A stretch of 38,646 bases of DNA. Source: a virus. Shown one piece after another: positions 23,442-32,556 of this stretch (its first letter is position 1; each line of letters opens with the position of its first letter). The position numbers and the translations under genes were made by a program. The notes beneath the pieces are model-generated. The model was not told the origin of the DNA. It saw only the letters and a list, made by a program, of their open reading frames with translations, and did no database searches. The DNA is taken from positions 1 through 38,646 of IMG/VR virus record IMGVR_UViG_3300027609_000001, one strand, 5' to 3'.

Positions 23442-23993
23442 CTAGTCTTGGATATACTCAAGTATCACATACGTGAACGTATACGCCGAATAATCGCTGG
23501 CTGTGGCGATATTTACATTGGTAGCATCGACATATAATTCAATATTGTCAGCAACTGCTGTAACAGAACTATATGGGATGGGGATATACGAAAAGGGAGC
23601 CGTCGTCTTTGACGCTGTGGCATAGATCCTCGTAAAAGTAGTGTTTGAAGTGCACGTTATATTGTGTAGAACCGACTTAATTGCGGTATTAGGAAGCGCG
23701 CCGAAGTTGATAACGTTCCTATAGACCTGTCGGAACTCAGGAGTCTGAGAAGTGCTGGAATTCAGCAAGGGATTGGGGAAGAAGACCTGTGAATTTACAA
23801 AGGGAGATGTATTGTAGATTCCCGTATCCTTCAAATTAAGCGCCAGAATCATATTATTTATGTTCTGATACATCCTGATGAGTAGCTCTTTAAACTCAGG
23901 ACTGTTGACATCAACTGACTCAACTTGCGCAACGTCCCATATATAATTCGTAGGAACGAATGATCCGCCGTCAAAATATAGATTATCAGCCAT
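23442..23993 (-). CDS. Virion structural protein (tail-associated)
   Basis: 183 aa, start abuts the stop of the 778-aa gene. In the structural module. Confidence 0.4.
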   Translation of the reverse strand: MADNLYFDGGSFVPTNYIWDVAQVESVDVNSPEFKELLIRMYQNINNMILALNLKDTGIYNTSPFVNSQVFFPNPLLNSSTSQTPEFRQVYRNVINFGALPNTAIKSVLHNITCTSNTTFTRIYATASKTTAPFSYIPIPYSSVTAVADNIELYVDATNVNIATASDYSAYTFTYVILEYIQD

Positions 23994-26330
23994 CTACTGA
24001 ACCCTTTCGCCCACAGGCATTGTATGTAACACCATTCCTTCCATCTCGAATTCGGAGAATGCGATATCTGGCTCTGTTATTTGATTAAATGTCATATACA
24101 TGAAAAGCTGTATGCATTCGCCTTCAGACTGGAAATATATCTGATGCCACAATCGCTCCTGTTCCTGCTCGAAGGGATATAGTATTGGGTCATAAGGGAA
24201 TGTCTGAAGTACGCCTGTTCCTTGGATAGCTCCTGTAACAGCTGCATTTTCGAGCATTGAGTAGCTACTGTCGTTTGGGTAATAATCGACCGTAATTTCG
24301 CCATCTTCTGTAGCCAATACGGCAAAATCTATTTTGGCTAAGTAAACGTCGCGGCCTTTATCAATGTAGGGATTAAACTGCTTTGTTGAGATTCGTATAT
24401 TACTTACTCTCGCAACAGTTCCGCCTCCCGTATAAACACCCGTGAAATTTATCACAGGGCCAACGGTAACAGTATTTGGACCAGTAACACTTGTAACTGG
24501 ATATATTCCGCTACCATCGAAATCTATGCCTTGTGCATTCTCGATATATATAAAATCAGAGTTTTCATCGGTAAGATCGGTATCGGTATTAAGCGTATGG
24601 TTGATAATGGTCAGTGTGAGTTGTTGTGTTGTCGCGTCATAGCTCATTTGGGAAATTTGCATAACGGGGGCGTTGCGTGATTCTTCTGAATCGACTATGA
24701 AGACATATCCTTGCTGGTTTCCGGCGATGACTTGGCGAAATTGCGCCTGTTGCGCGCCGCTATTCCACGGGAAGTTTGACGTGTTCCAGCGGTCGAGTGA
24801 AGACGCCCACGTCGTTCCGTTCTGCTGTTCGAAGTATCCGAAAGCCGTAATGCAATCGTCGTTAATCGCCCAAGAGTTATTACGGTAATTGTAAACAAGC
24901 ACACGATTAGGATAGACATTGTTAGGGTTCTCATCGACTGAAGGGAATGACCAATACACCATTTCAACGAAGTAGTCCCTTATTGCTGCTACTCGTTGAA
25001 CTCCTATATTCTTATTGAATATTTCAAACACCTCGTCGGGTATTTTAGTATCGATACGAGCTACGTTGGCTCCATTACAGGCGTGAACACCCGTATTTCC
25101 GATTGTGAGAATTTCCTTATCGAAAGGAACGGTAGATTGCTGCGCTTCGGATCCAAGCTCGGTATTGATCTTTTGCCAGACGAAGGGCAGCACTGCATTA
25201 CCGGTATACGCGATTTCCCATGTTGAACGCTCAAAGTAGACGATCAGCCTGTCCTTAATGAACTCAGCTGATATTATGGCCTCTTCGGTAGTGGCGTCTA
25301 TAAAGCCAGCGCCACCGAATTTATTATTGGAGGAATCTACTTGATTAGGCTCATACCATGCGTTTACTGCAAACGGAGAACCATTAAAGGAGTATCTGAG
25401 TCGATTAACATAATTGGTATTAGTTCCACCGCCTCCTGCCCCGTTATTTTCAACAGTGTTGAGGAGTAATAATCTATTCTTGAACGGAACTATGAGTCGT
25501 GACGTTACTACGTATGGGCCTGTTTTTGGAGCTCCGCCTGCTGGTAAGAAGTAGAATGCGTTTGTCCCCTTGGCGGCAGTCCAGTTGGTGCCGTCAAACC
25601 ACCAAATTGGGTCATCTGTTGTCATCCCTGTTCCATTGTAATTAACTACGTAGAAGTTAGTTACAAAGAGAACTATTTGAGCGGGAGTAGCGCCGCGCCA
25701 ATTTGTAGTCCAGAAGAAGTTTATATCTGTTCCGTGCCAGATTGGTGTATTTGTAGAAGGACTTCCTGATTGTTGCCAGAATCCGCCGGTGAATACATAG
25801 GCAAAACGGGTATCGAACGCATAAGTGGGCTGATTATTAATAGCTCCCGAGTCGTATATCGTGATACCCATAACGGGAAGATCGGGATAGAACCATACAG
25901 GAGTATTGTCAGGAGCCGTTACTCCCGCAAACACATAAGCGCCAGAGGTTGTATCATATGTCGCAGTAGCAGCTACAATAGGTCCCGTATCGAGCATCGT
26001 TACGGGAGTGCCAGCGGATGGAACGGTGAATATCTCATTTAATATTGAGAACATCTGTCCAATTGCAGCCACCGCTGTTCCTCCTGGAACAGTGCCTGCC
26101 AAAGCGCCTGCAGTTATGACGCCAACTTGAATTCTTAATCTTGAGAAGAGTGGAGCTGTTAGTGAGCTACTTGCTCCAGTTCCCATTAATCGTCCACCAA
26201 ATCGTTTCCTGATGCGACCTCTAAAGACATACGCATTATTGAGTTCATCAAACGCATCATCTGGGATGAGCCACGGCTTAAGATCCTTTTGGAGTCCGGT
26301 ATTTATAGGGGCGATTAAGAACCTATCCAC
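23994..26330 (-). CDS. Large tail protein (nozzle / tail tubular protein B-like by size and position)
   Basis: 778 aa, GTG start with AGGGG upstream. Lies between the fibre-like 218-aa protein and the internal virion proteins. Confidence 0.4.
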   Translation of the reverse strand: MDRFLIAPINTGLQKDLKPWLIPDDAFDELNNAYVFRGRIRKRFGGRLMGTGASSSLTAPLFSRLRIQVGVITAGALAGTVPGGTAVAAIGQMFSILNEIFTVPSAGTPVTMLDTGPIVAATATYDTTSGAYVFAGVTAPDNTPVWFYPDLPVMGITIYDSGAINNQPTYAFDTRFAYVFTGGFWQQSGSPSTNTPIWHGTDINFFWTTNWRGATPAQIVLFVTNFYVVNYNGTGMTTDDPIWWFDGTNWTAAKGTNAFYFLPAGGAPKTGPYVVTSRLIVPFKNRLLLLNTVENNGAGGGGTNTNYVNRLRYSFNGSPFAVNAWYEPNQVDSSNNKFGGAGFIDATTEEAIISAEFIKDRLIVYFERSTWEIAYTGNAVLPFVWQKINTELGSEAQQSTVPFDKEILTIGNTGVHACNGANVARIDTKIPDEVFEIFNKNIGVQRVAAIRDYFVEMVYWSFPSVDENPNNVYPNRVLVYNYRNNSWAINDDCITAFGYFEQQNGTTWASSLDRWNTSNFPWNSGAQQAQFRQVIAGNQQGYVFIVDSEESRNAPVMQISQMSYDATTQQLTLTIINHTLNTDTDLTDENSDFIYIENAQGIDFDGSGIYPVTSVTGPNTVTVGPVINFTGVYTGGGTVARVSNIRISTKQFNPYIDKGRDVYLAKIDFAVLATEDGEITVDYYPNDSSYSMLENAAVTGAIQGTGVLQTFPYDPILYPFEQEQERLWHQIYFQSEGECIQLFMYMTFNQITEPDIAFSEFEMEGMVLHTMPVGERVQ

Positions 26331-26331
26331 G

Positions 26332-26988
26332 CTATACCCCTGTAGCTATGCCGATAGCAAGATATTGAAATAGAGCATTAGCGGGATTGAGATTAGTTCT
26401 ATTTGTTCCATACGCTGTGAAGGTTGTCGTTCCTGTTATATTTACCAGCCTTACGAAGGTATTCGTATCAGTGGTAGCCGAATCTGAAGTTGTTATCTGA
26501 ATACTGAATACTTGTTGAAACACAGGTATTGAGGTCGATTCGGGAAAAGTTATTACCGTTGGACTATTGAGCCCACTACATTGACCCTGTCCCCATTTTA
26601 TGAGGAGCCCAGAGGGAAGGAATGTCCAGCCTTGAGAGTTTGGTCCTGGATTAGCGTTAGAGCTAAGAATTGATGCCGTTGAAGGAATCTGAGTTACTAC
26701 GGGTCCGCCCTTTGACTTATTAATGTACATCTCGGCATTTGTAGAATATGGACCTACAAATGAGTAGAGCATCACCTCGCCTGCTGGTATTCCACCAGGA
26801 ACATTAGTGGGAGGCGAATTGGGATTGACCAAGAACTCAGTGAAGAGATGTTTTCCCGGAGATCCAGAATTAAAGTCAGCGTGATTCTGATCAAAAGCGG
26901 TCAGGATGGAAGCAAAATTTCCCTGAATTTGAGGTTGAGAGGTTGAAAGAAGGTCGCCAGCTTGAGGAATGTTTGCATTATATGCCAT
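26332..26988 (-). CDS. Tail-fibre-like / receptor-binding protein
   Basis: The N-terminus SQPQIQGNFASILTAFDQNHADFNSGSPGKH and C-terminus GWTFLPSGLLIKWGQG...ITFP are patterns common in short phage tail fibres. GGAGGTGTAGG upstream. Confidence 0.5.
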   Translation of the reverse strand: MAYNANIPQAGDLLSTSQPQIQGNFASILTAFDQNHADFNSGSPGKHLFTEFLVNPNSPPTNVPGGIPAGEVMLYSFVGPYSTNAEMYINKSKGGPVVTQIPSTASILSSNANPGPNSQGWTFLPSGLLIKWGQGQCSGLNSPTVITFPESTSIPVFQQVFSIQITTSDSATTDTNTFVRLVNITGTTTFTAYGTNRTNLNPANALFQYLAIGIATGV

Positions 26989-27007
26989 CCTACACCTCCA
27001 CGGGGAA

Positions 27008-27070
27008 GGGCCCCGAAGTTAAATTACGTTGGTGTGCTTGTAGCGCACACTGTTTACGGCTGGCGGGGCC
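27008..27070. repeat. GC-rich intergenic stem-loop element, copy e
   Basis: gggccccg (27008-15) pairs with cggggcc (27064-70), enclosing gtgtgc/gcacac (27032-37 / 27045-50). Shares CCCCGAAGTT and GGGGCCATA with copies c and b. Confidence 0.45.
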
Positions 27071-27087
27071 ATATAAGGAAATATTCA

Positions 27088-28197
27088 TTAGTAGCTTCCT
27101 CCCCCGCCCGTTCCCCACCAGCCCCATCCACCTGATCCCATAGATTGCTCTGTGTAAATCGTAGCGGTTCGCTCATTGGCGTATTGGACCAGCGTCCTTC
27201 GCAAGCATAATCGTTCCTGTGTCTTGAATTCGGGCATAATCATTTGTACGCTCTCCATTTCCATACGGTCTTCGAATATTTTTTTTGCGGCTCCATAAGC
27301 GATATATTGCCAATACTCTTCTAGTTGAGGAGTCTGGCCAAGGTTCAATAATGCCGTAGGACGAACAAACACTTCGAAGTTGATGCGATATGGTTGATCG
27401 GGGACTGGGCGCAGGGTGAATTGATCTTGGTAGAAGAGCATTGCCTGTGGGAGAGCTGTTGCAACAGGAACCGTTTGGCTGTTGATAGCTTGTCCCGCAG
27501 CAGGAGCTGTAGGAAAGCTGATCGTAAACTCGCCAGTTAGGTAGTTAATGTTATTACTTGGATCTACGAAAAGAGGCAACTCTGTTGGCTGAGTGCCAGG
27601 AATATAGAGATTCCCCATAACGGTTGGGTTGCCCGTAGTTGAATCTTGTATTGGTACATCTACGAGAGACAATCCATTGCCAAATATATCAATCGAGCTA
27701 AAGAGAACATTGTATTGGAGCAGTACGGTTGATTGGTTCTGCACAGGGGGAGATACTGAAGGCCCCGTATTATTGGTAATTACCCCGCTGAAGGTTAGGT
27801 TGCTGCCATTACCAAATGTTCCAATACTCAGAATGTTATTAAGCGACGGATATATATTGTAAAATTGTTCACGCGACTGCGTGTAGAAGGAAGGGAACCC
27901 TGCAATATAAACAGGAGGATGAACCGTTAGATAGAGGTTCTGAAAATTGTAGAGCGGGTTGTTAATATTGAGTGATGTATCCGTTACATAGACATCTTGA
28001 AAAGGATTGCAGATGAAAAAGAACTGCTGCCTCATATTAAAGGTTCTGAGCTGTTCAGGGAAATCATAGACCACAAAGGTATTGATATAATTCTGAAGGT
28101 CTGTATCAGTAAGTTGTGCTGTAGAGGGAGAACGCGTAAGGCGACGCACTTTAGTCTGTATCGCCTGAAGTGTGGATGTAGGTTCTAAAATAGGCAT
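27088..28197 (-). CDS. Virion structural protein (possible head-tail adaptor or tail protein)
   Basis: 369 aa, AGGAGG upstream. Gly/Trp-rich C-terminus GSGGWGWWGTGGGGSY. Confidence 0.4.
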   Translation of the reverse strand: MPILEPTSTLQAIQTKVRRLTRSPSTAQLTDTDLQNYINTFVVYDFPEQLRTFNMRQQFFFICNPFQDVYVTDTSLNINNPLYNFQNLYLTVHPPVYIAGFPSFYTQSREQFYNIYPSLNNILSIGTFGNGSNLTFSGVITNNTGPSVSPPVQNQSTVLLQYNVLFSSIDIFGNGLSLVDVPIQDSTTGNPTVMGNLYIPGTQPTELPLFVDPSNNINYLTGEFTISFPTAPAAGQAINSQTVPVATALPQAMLFYQDQFTLRPVPDQPYRINFEVFVRPTALLNLGQTPQLEEYWQYIAYGAAKKIFEDRMEMESVQMIMPEFKTQERLCLRRTLVQYANERTATIYTEQSMGSGGWGWWGTGGGGSY

Positions 28198-28198
28198 A

Positions 28199-28579
28199 CT
28201 AACCTCCTATCACTTGTTGGGGATTTAAGACATTGATTGTCGCCGCGAGGAGTGTAGCGCTTACTTCACCAACAGGGACGACCATGGCACAGGTATTAAG
28301 GTGAGGCGAAGGACTCACCGGAATAGCGAATGCGTCACAATCAGTTGTGTCGGCTAGAACTGAAAATGTTGTCGAACCTGTTACGAGAATGGGGAACGTC
28401 TGGCCAGAAATCTGCTGCATTCCACACGCAGGCGGGATATCAAGTCGAACGATGGTGCCCGTCTTATATTGGTGCGCAAAGGTGGTGGTTACCGTCGCAG
28501 GGTAGCTATTCGTAATCGCTGCAATAATTCGCATCGCGGGTTGGAAGACGGGATTGGGATTCGCATAACAGGTCGACAT
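28199..28579 (-). CDS. Small beta-barrel virion protein
   Basis: 126 aa. ITNSYPATVTTTFAHQYKTGTIVRLDI...FPILVTGSTTFSV is the small-barrel pattern seen in capsid or tail accessory proteins. Confidence 0.4.
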   Translation of the reverse strand: MSTCYANPNPVFQPAMRIIAAITNSYPATVTTTFAHQYKTGTIVRLDIPPACGMQQISGQTFPILVTGSTTFSVLADTTDCDAFAIPVSPSPHLNTCAMVVPVGEVSATLLAATINVLNPQQVIGG

Positions 28580-28603
28580 TCAATTTACTCCAAGGTTGTT
28601 TCA

Positions 28604-28657
28604 CCTGCCCGGCGAAGCGTTAGCTTTCGGCTAAACTTCGGGGGCAAAGCCTGGGTG
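28604..28657 (-). repeat. GC-rich intergenic stem-loop element, copy c (overlaps the last codons of the upstream gene)
   Basis: Minus strand reads CACCCAGGCTTTGCCCCCGAAGTTTAGCCGAAAGCTAACGCTTCGCCGGGCAGG. Its first 22 nt match copy a at 20 of 22 positions. Confidence 0.6.
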
Positions 28658-29026
28658 CTCTATTGTCACCAGCTCTTTTACCGGCGCAATGTCGTCAATG
28701 TCAATGAATTCTAAGGATTGGAAACTCGTGCGGTGCACCTTTTGGCCCACCTTAACGGTCGATTTTCCATCGGCATCTTGTGCATAGTGGTGAATTGGAT
28801 ACCAACAGTTCTTGTTAAGGTGTCGCGCTACACCAAGTGGTATGGTGTAGACCTCTCCATCAACGAACGTATAATTCTCAACCGGGTCTTCTTTATACGC
28901 TTTAAACGAAAATGACATAGTTCCTTGAGGAACTTCGTGGAATCGGAAGATTCCCTTCACCATCTCGCGGTCCTTGTCGCGCATATACTTCAAATTAGGC
29001 TTCTTAACTTCAGGCTTCTTTGCCAT
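28631..29026 (-). CDS. Conserved-looking hypothetical virion-module protein
   Basis: 131 aa from ATG 29026 (GAGGAG upstream). MAKKPEVKKPNLKYMRDKDREMVKGIFRFHEVPQGTMSF... Confidence 0.5.
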   Translation of the reverse strand: MAKKPEVKKPNLKYMRDKDREMVKGIFRFHEVPQGTMSFSFKAYKEDPVENYTFVDGEVYTIPLGVARHLNKNCWYPIHHYAQDADGKSTVKVGQKVHRTSFQSLEFIDIDDIAPVKELVTIEHPGFAPEV

Positions 29027-29044
29027 ATGTAACTCCTCGGATCG

Positions 29045-29092
29045 AGGGGCTCCGTCTTCACTGGCGTTACGCCGGACAGGCCCAGAGCCCCT
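29045..29092. repeat. GC-rich intergenic stem-loop element, copy h (plus orientation)
   Basis: aggggctc (29045-52) pairs with gagcccct (29085-92), enclosing ctggcgttacgccggacaggccc. Confidence 0.45.
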
Positions 29093-29105
29093 GATAGTTA
29101 TGTGT

Positions 29106-30242
29106 TTATAGTCCGCCAAATGATGATTTACCTGCAACCCAGTACATGACGTCGCCTGCTACTGACCCTGCTGGTCCTGAGATTGCTGCTGTAAGAGAAG
29201 CACCAGTTCCGCCCGTACCAAGGATCATTCCGAGGTAAAGAGTATTAACGGTCGAGTCAGCTAGAATTCCGGTATTCGTATTTGGAATTTGAACTCCGCC
29301 TACCGTTGGAACCTGAGCCCCAAGAGCCGTTAACGAAGTGGCTGTATTCTCGCCGACAGGAGTCATTTCAGGGAATGAGCATGGCGTTTGTGAGTAAAGA
29401 GGCCATAAAAATGCCGTGAAGCTGGTCGTGTTGGTATCTATGGTGAACGTGTAATCGTCAATAACGGTCAATACAGTTGAGTATTGATAGTTATTTTGAG
29501 GCGTTGAGTTCAATTGAGTCATTCCTGAAACAGCAGGGATAAGGAAACGAATCGCTTGTCCCGGCGTCATACCGTGAGCTATTGAAGTTGAGACCTGAGC
29601 ATTGTTCGCTTGGGTAACGTTCGTCACATAGCGCTTGCGAGGATAAAACGACGAATCAACATTAACAATTCGATAGAATCCTGCGCCGCCAACAACTCCG
29701 GGAGGAGTTATCCCGCCAGGATTAAATGTTCCACCAAGCTGATTATTGGCAGTAAGAAGTGTGAAGCTGGTATTCAGCGTGACCGCGCCAACTACCATAT
29801 CGATACCATTAACATCTGTCTGCGCAGTGTTGCTCATGCGCACAACGGTTCCGACTGAGATACCAGCGGTACTCGCGGTGCTTACAACTGGCTGACGAGC
29901 ATTTGTTGTAGCGGTCGTAGCGACTGCAGGGCCAAGAATTGGAGCAGCGTAGCTTCCGGACTGACCCGATGGATCGTAGAGCGTGAATCCGCCGCTTGGA
30001 ATAGTATCGGCACTAAGTGTTTTCACACCGTTAGCGCCATACTCGACCATCGCTGATCCCACCGGCATTCCGCGCTGCCAATAGAAGTTAAGCCCCGTTG
30101 CTGTGGCTGGCGTACCGATATTTCCATATTGAGTGAAGTTCTTCACCCACATGAAGTCAGCATTCGAAGGGATCTGGATGATTTGATTGACAATAGTAGC
30201 TGGCACAACGAATGAGCCTTGGCTTAAAATAGTTCCGTCCAT
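29106..30242 (-). CDS. Virion structural protein immediately downstream of the MCP (possible capsid decoration or cement protein)
   Basis: 378 aa, AAGGAG upstream. Two small-barrel-like inserts (GTVVRMSNTAQTDVNGIDMVVGAVTLNTSFTL and GQAIRFLIPAVSGMTQL...TVIDDYTFTI). Confidence 0.4.
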   Translation of the reverse strand: MDGTILSQGSFVVPATIVNQIIQIPSNADFMWVKNFTQYGNIGTPATATGLNFYWQRGMPVGSAMVEYGANGVKTLSADTIPSGGFTLYDPSGQSGSYAAPILGPAVATTATTNARQPVVSTASTAGISVGTVVRMSNTAQTDVNGIDMVVGAVTLNTSFTLLTANNQLGGTFNPGGITPPGVVGGAGFYRIVNVDSSFYPRKRYVTNVTQANNAQVSTSIAHGMTPGQAIRFLIPAVSGMTQLNSTPQNNYQYSTVLTVIDDYTFTIDTNTTSFTAFLWPLYSQTPCSFPEMTPVGENTATSLTALGAQVPTVGGVQIPNTNTGILADSTVNTLYLGMILGTGGTGASLTAAISGPAGSVAGDVMYWVAGKSSFGGL

Positions 30243-30251
30243 GGTCTCTCC

Positions 30252-30659
30252 TTATGAAGCTAGGGTTGCGCGAAGGTTGATGACCCACTGATCATTAGTG
30301 ATCCGTGGAACCTCTGCGAACTTCCAGCCAACCGACGCATTAAGCGCCAATGGGCCGTCATAGATTGGTGGACGATAGATGAACGATGCGCTATAGCCAT
30401 CTTGATCTATACAGGCATAAGCCTCCATTCCTACGCAAAAGATGTTGTACACATCTGCGCCAAGAGATGAAGCATTAGGACTGATTGAGCCAATTGATGA
30501 AACCAAGAAGCGAAGGTTACCAATTGCGCCCCATTCTGAACGGAGTGCGTTCATAGGAGCAGGATATTGGTTCTTTTGGATGAAGCCGTTAACGTTATCC
30601 AAGTTTCCGATCAATTGGGTGCTGCACAGTGCGAAATAAGCATCTCGAACTGGTGCGGT
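30252..30659 (-). CDS. Major capsid protein (HK97-fold pattern), exon 5 of 5
   Basis: TAPVRDAYFALCSTQLIGNLDNVNGF...EWGAIGNLRFLVSS...ATLAS* is the C-terminal part of an HK97-type MCP. It begins right after the intron's terminal G. Confidence 0.8.
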   Translation of the reverse strand, partial: TAPVRDAYFALCSTQLIGNLDNVNGFIQKNQYPAPMNALRSEWGAIGNLRFLVSSIGSISPNASSLGADVYNIFCVGMEAYACIDQDGYSASFIYRPPIYDGPLALNASVGWKFAEVPRITNDQWVINLRATLAS

Positions 30660-30868
30660 CATTCTGTTACTTTTAGACCCCTCGCGAGGCGGGCTAACCT
30701 CTTCGGATCAGCCTCTGCATGTTTCCATGCAGTTCAGACTATCGCTTAGCCTTTTCGGGCCCCCACTCACTTAGTCGTTCACGGTGGCTTGCGCCTTCCG
30801 CCTTGTCACCGGCTCTTACACTACGGCTTCCAAGTCAATCAGAGTGGGTTTTAATTCAGCTATGCATA
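30660..30868 (-). mobile_element. Group I intron 4 (209 nt, no ORF)
   Basis: P1: exon AAUUCGGU| pairs with intron GCUGAAUU, with U.G at the cleavage site. P3: CCCACUC/GAGUGGG. R element GAACGACUAAG and S element GCGAUAGUCUG (P7). GAAA-capped hairpin UGCAUG-GAAA-CAUGCA. Ends ...AGUAACAGAAUG. Confidence 0.8.
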
Positions 30869-31057
30869 ACCGAATTTATCTTCGCCCTCAATATTGTCCA
30901 TTATAGTATATGCATTATTATTTAGTAATGCACGTACAACTGTGTCCACGTCTGAACGGGTGATTTCCGTTGGGTTATCACCATCTACGCCGCCGGTACA
31001 GTTAATGAACGAAGCGGTACCTGCCAGCATGTCGCGGGTAAGAACATCTTCAGTTTG
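30869..31057 (-). CDS. Major capsid protein, exon 4 of 5
   Basis: 63 codons: QTEDVLTRDMLAGTASFINCTGGVDGDNPTEITRSDVDTVVRALLNNNAYTIMDNIEGEDKFG. Confidence 0.75.
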
Positions 31058-31254
31058 CTAGTTGTTACTCCCTTTCGGGGGATAAGTCGTTTCCGCTTAT
31101 CTCAGAACCTTTCGTCGCTCTGTTCGGACTATCGCATCTCTTTCGAGTTCTCGGGTTTAGTCTCTCAGGCTGCCTTTACGCTTGCCCCTTGTCGCCTTAG
31201 CTTGCGCCTTAGGCTTCCAAGTCGATTACCGAGAATTTATACTCCGCCAATTTA
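31058..31254 (-). mobile_element. Group I intron 3 (197 nt, no ORF)
   Basis: P1: exon ACUCCGU| pairs with GCGGAGU (U.G at the site). P10: UUG with exon CAA. P3: UCUCGG/CCGAGA. R element GAGACUAAA and S element GCGAUAGUCCG. Ends ...AACAACUAG. Confidence 0.75.
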
Positions 31255-31312
31255 ACGGAGTGAAACGCCAAGACGAGCTGCGCACTCATTTAATACCGGA
31301 TCTTGATTCTGA
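31255..31312 (-). CDS. Major capsid protein, exon 3 of 5 (58 nt; the first nt completes a split Leu codon)
   Basis: (L)QNQDPVLNECAARLGVSLR. The boundaries are set by the P1 and P10 pairings of intron 2 and P1 of intron 3. Confidence 0.65.
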
Positions 31313-31458
31313 CTATTTGCAATTAACTGTTACTTTTGCGACTATATAATAATATTATTAGAATATAGCGGGGAAACCTCTTCGGATCTCCCTCTCACAG
31401 TTTCCTGTGAGTACAGACTATCGAATCTCTTATCGCTAAGAGCCAATGGGCTTAGTCG

Positions 31459-31487
31459 TTGCGGCTGCCCAACCATTATGTTATAAT
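31459..31487 (+). promoter_or_regulatory. Sigma70-like promoter for the antisense endonuclease gene
   Basis: TTGCGG (31459-64), a 17-nt spacer, then TATAAT (31482-87) with TGt immediately upstream (extended -10). Followed by AGGAG (31510-14) and GTG 31522. Confidence 0.5.
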
Positions 31488-31521
31488 GAGTACCAGTACA
31501 ATTCAGAATAGGAGATAGTAC

Positions 31522-32070
31522 GTGAATCGATATAAATATGAGCGCAAAGAGTATGCGGTGGCGCAAATTGCTTATCTCGCTGGAATTATCGATGGAGAAG
31601 GCTCTATTTATATCGGAAACTTTAGCTGCAATCCAAGGACCAAGGTCCCGTATTACCAAACTAACATCCAGGTTACTAACACCGATAAGGAATTGATCGA
31701 CTGGCTTTACGCTATCTTCGGAGGCCTGGTGTCGAAGCGAACTGCTCGACAGCATGCCGAAAATTCGCGCAAGCAAGCCTATATATGGACTGCGAGTGGT
31801 GAACGCGTGACGCATCTGTGTGAACTCATTTTGCCGTTCCTTATATGTAAGAAGAGGCAGTGTGAGATTATGATCAGAATGCGCAAGACATTCACTCCCT
31901 CCCATTGCGAAATTGGAAGACAAGGAATCAAGCCGCATAGCGCGGAATTGGTCCTGCTTCGTCAGTCGCTGATGGATGAGATGCGTAGTCTTCATATTAG
32001 AACTCACTCTTATAAGAATAATGGTCGCTTGCCTCGGGTTACCATGCCTCAGTTGCTAGAAGAGGTTTAG
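31522..32070 (+). CDS. LAGLIDADG-family homing endonuclease (single-motif, I-CreI-like size)
   Basis: IAYLAGIIDGEGSIYI is the LAGLIDADG motif. KELIDWLYAIFGG and LCELILPFLICKKRQCEIM match typical family blocks. 182 aa. The gene lies entirely inside intron 2, on the strand opposite to the intron and MCP. Confidence 0.85.
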   Translation: MNRYKYERKEYAVAQIAYLAGIIDGEGSIYIGNFSCNPRTKVPYYQTNIQVTNTDKELIDWLYAIFGGLVSKRTARQHAENSRKQAYIWTASGERVTHLCELILPFLICKKRQCEIMIRMRKTFTPSHCEIGRQGIKPHSAELVLLRQSLMDEMRSLHIRTHSYKNNGRLPRVTMPQLLEEV

Positions 32071-32118
32071 GCTTTCCCAGTAATCACCTTTGGTTTATTG
32101 ACGCCTCAGCAAAACCCA

Positions 32119-32321
32119 AGCGTCACTTGCTCATTAAGCTGAATGTATTGACCGTAAAACGAGATCTTCGCATCGATGTCCACAGCTGTGAGATTGGTCG
32201 CAGGAGGAGTTATTCCCGAGTTTCCAAGAGGCACAATTGCGGTTGGTAGCGGATTGTAGCGACGCATACGGAGGGTGGTCCCACCATTCCGTGGCATCTG
32301 CTTCAACATAGCTGGTATTTT
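32119..32321 (-). CDS. Major capsid protein, exon 2 of 5
   Basis: KIPAMLKQMPRNGGTTLRMRRYNPLPTAIVPLGNSGITPPATNLTAVDIDAKISFYGQYIQLNEQVT(L) carries the HK97-type MCP pattern P.N.G.T..FRRY..L......L.eG.tP....L.......A....YG. Confidence 0.8.
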
Positions 32322-32556
32322 CTATCTGTTACTTTTGTGACCATTCACATTGGATATTAACTCTCATTGAATGGCGGGGAGCTTCTTCGAGACTCCCTCT
32401 CGTTGTCGCCAGCGAGATCAGACTATCACATCCCTAATTTACTCAGGGTCGCATCGTTTAGTCGTTCACGGTCAATGCTATTGCAAAGTTCCGCCTTGTT
32501 GTCCTCGAGGGATTTCCAAGCCAATTAGACGCGATTTTAGATCCACAAAGTCGCTA
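32322..32556 (-). mobile_element. Group I intron 1 (235 nt, no ORF)
   Basis: P1: exon GAUCCAU| pairs with GUGGAUC (U.G at the site). P10: UUU with exon AAA. R element GAACGACUAAA and S element GUGAUAGUCUG. Ends ...AGUAACAGAUAG. Confidence 0.8.

Larger units (their letters stand above)
31313..32118 (-). mobile_element. Group I intron 2 (806 nt) carrying an antisense LAGLIDADG endonuclease gene
   Basis: P1: exon UGACGCU| pairs with GGCGUCA (U.G at the site). P10: CUGA immediately 5' of the guide pairs with the exon-3 start UCAG. R element CAACGACUAAG and S element UUCGAUAGUCUG. Ends ...AGUAACAGUUAAUUGCAAAUAG. Confidence 0.75.

Noticed and set aside
31342-32007. 221-aa minus-strand ORF inside intron 2, in sense orientation and therefore the expected place for an intron-encoded endonuclease.
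   Set aside because: It has no endonuclease motif. It extends through the R/S ribozyme core. It is the mirror frame of a plus-strand ORF with clear LAGLIDADG blocks, its own SD and its own promoter.
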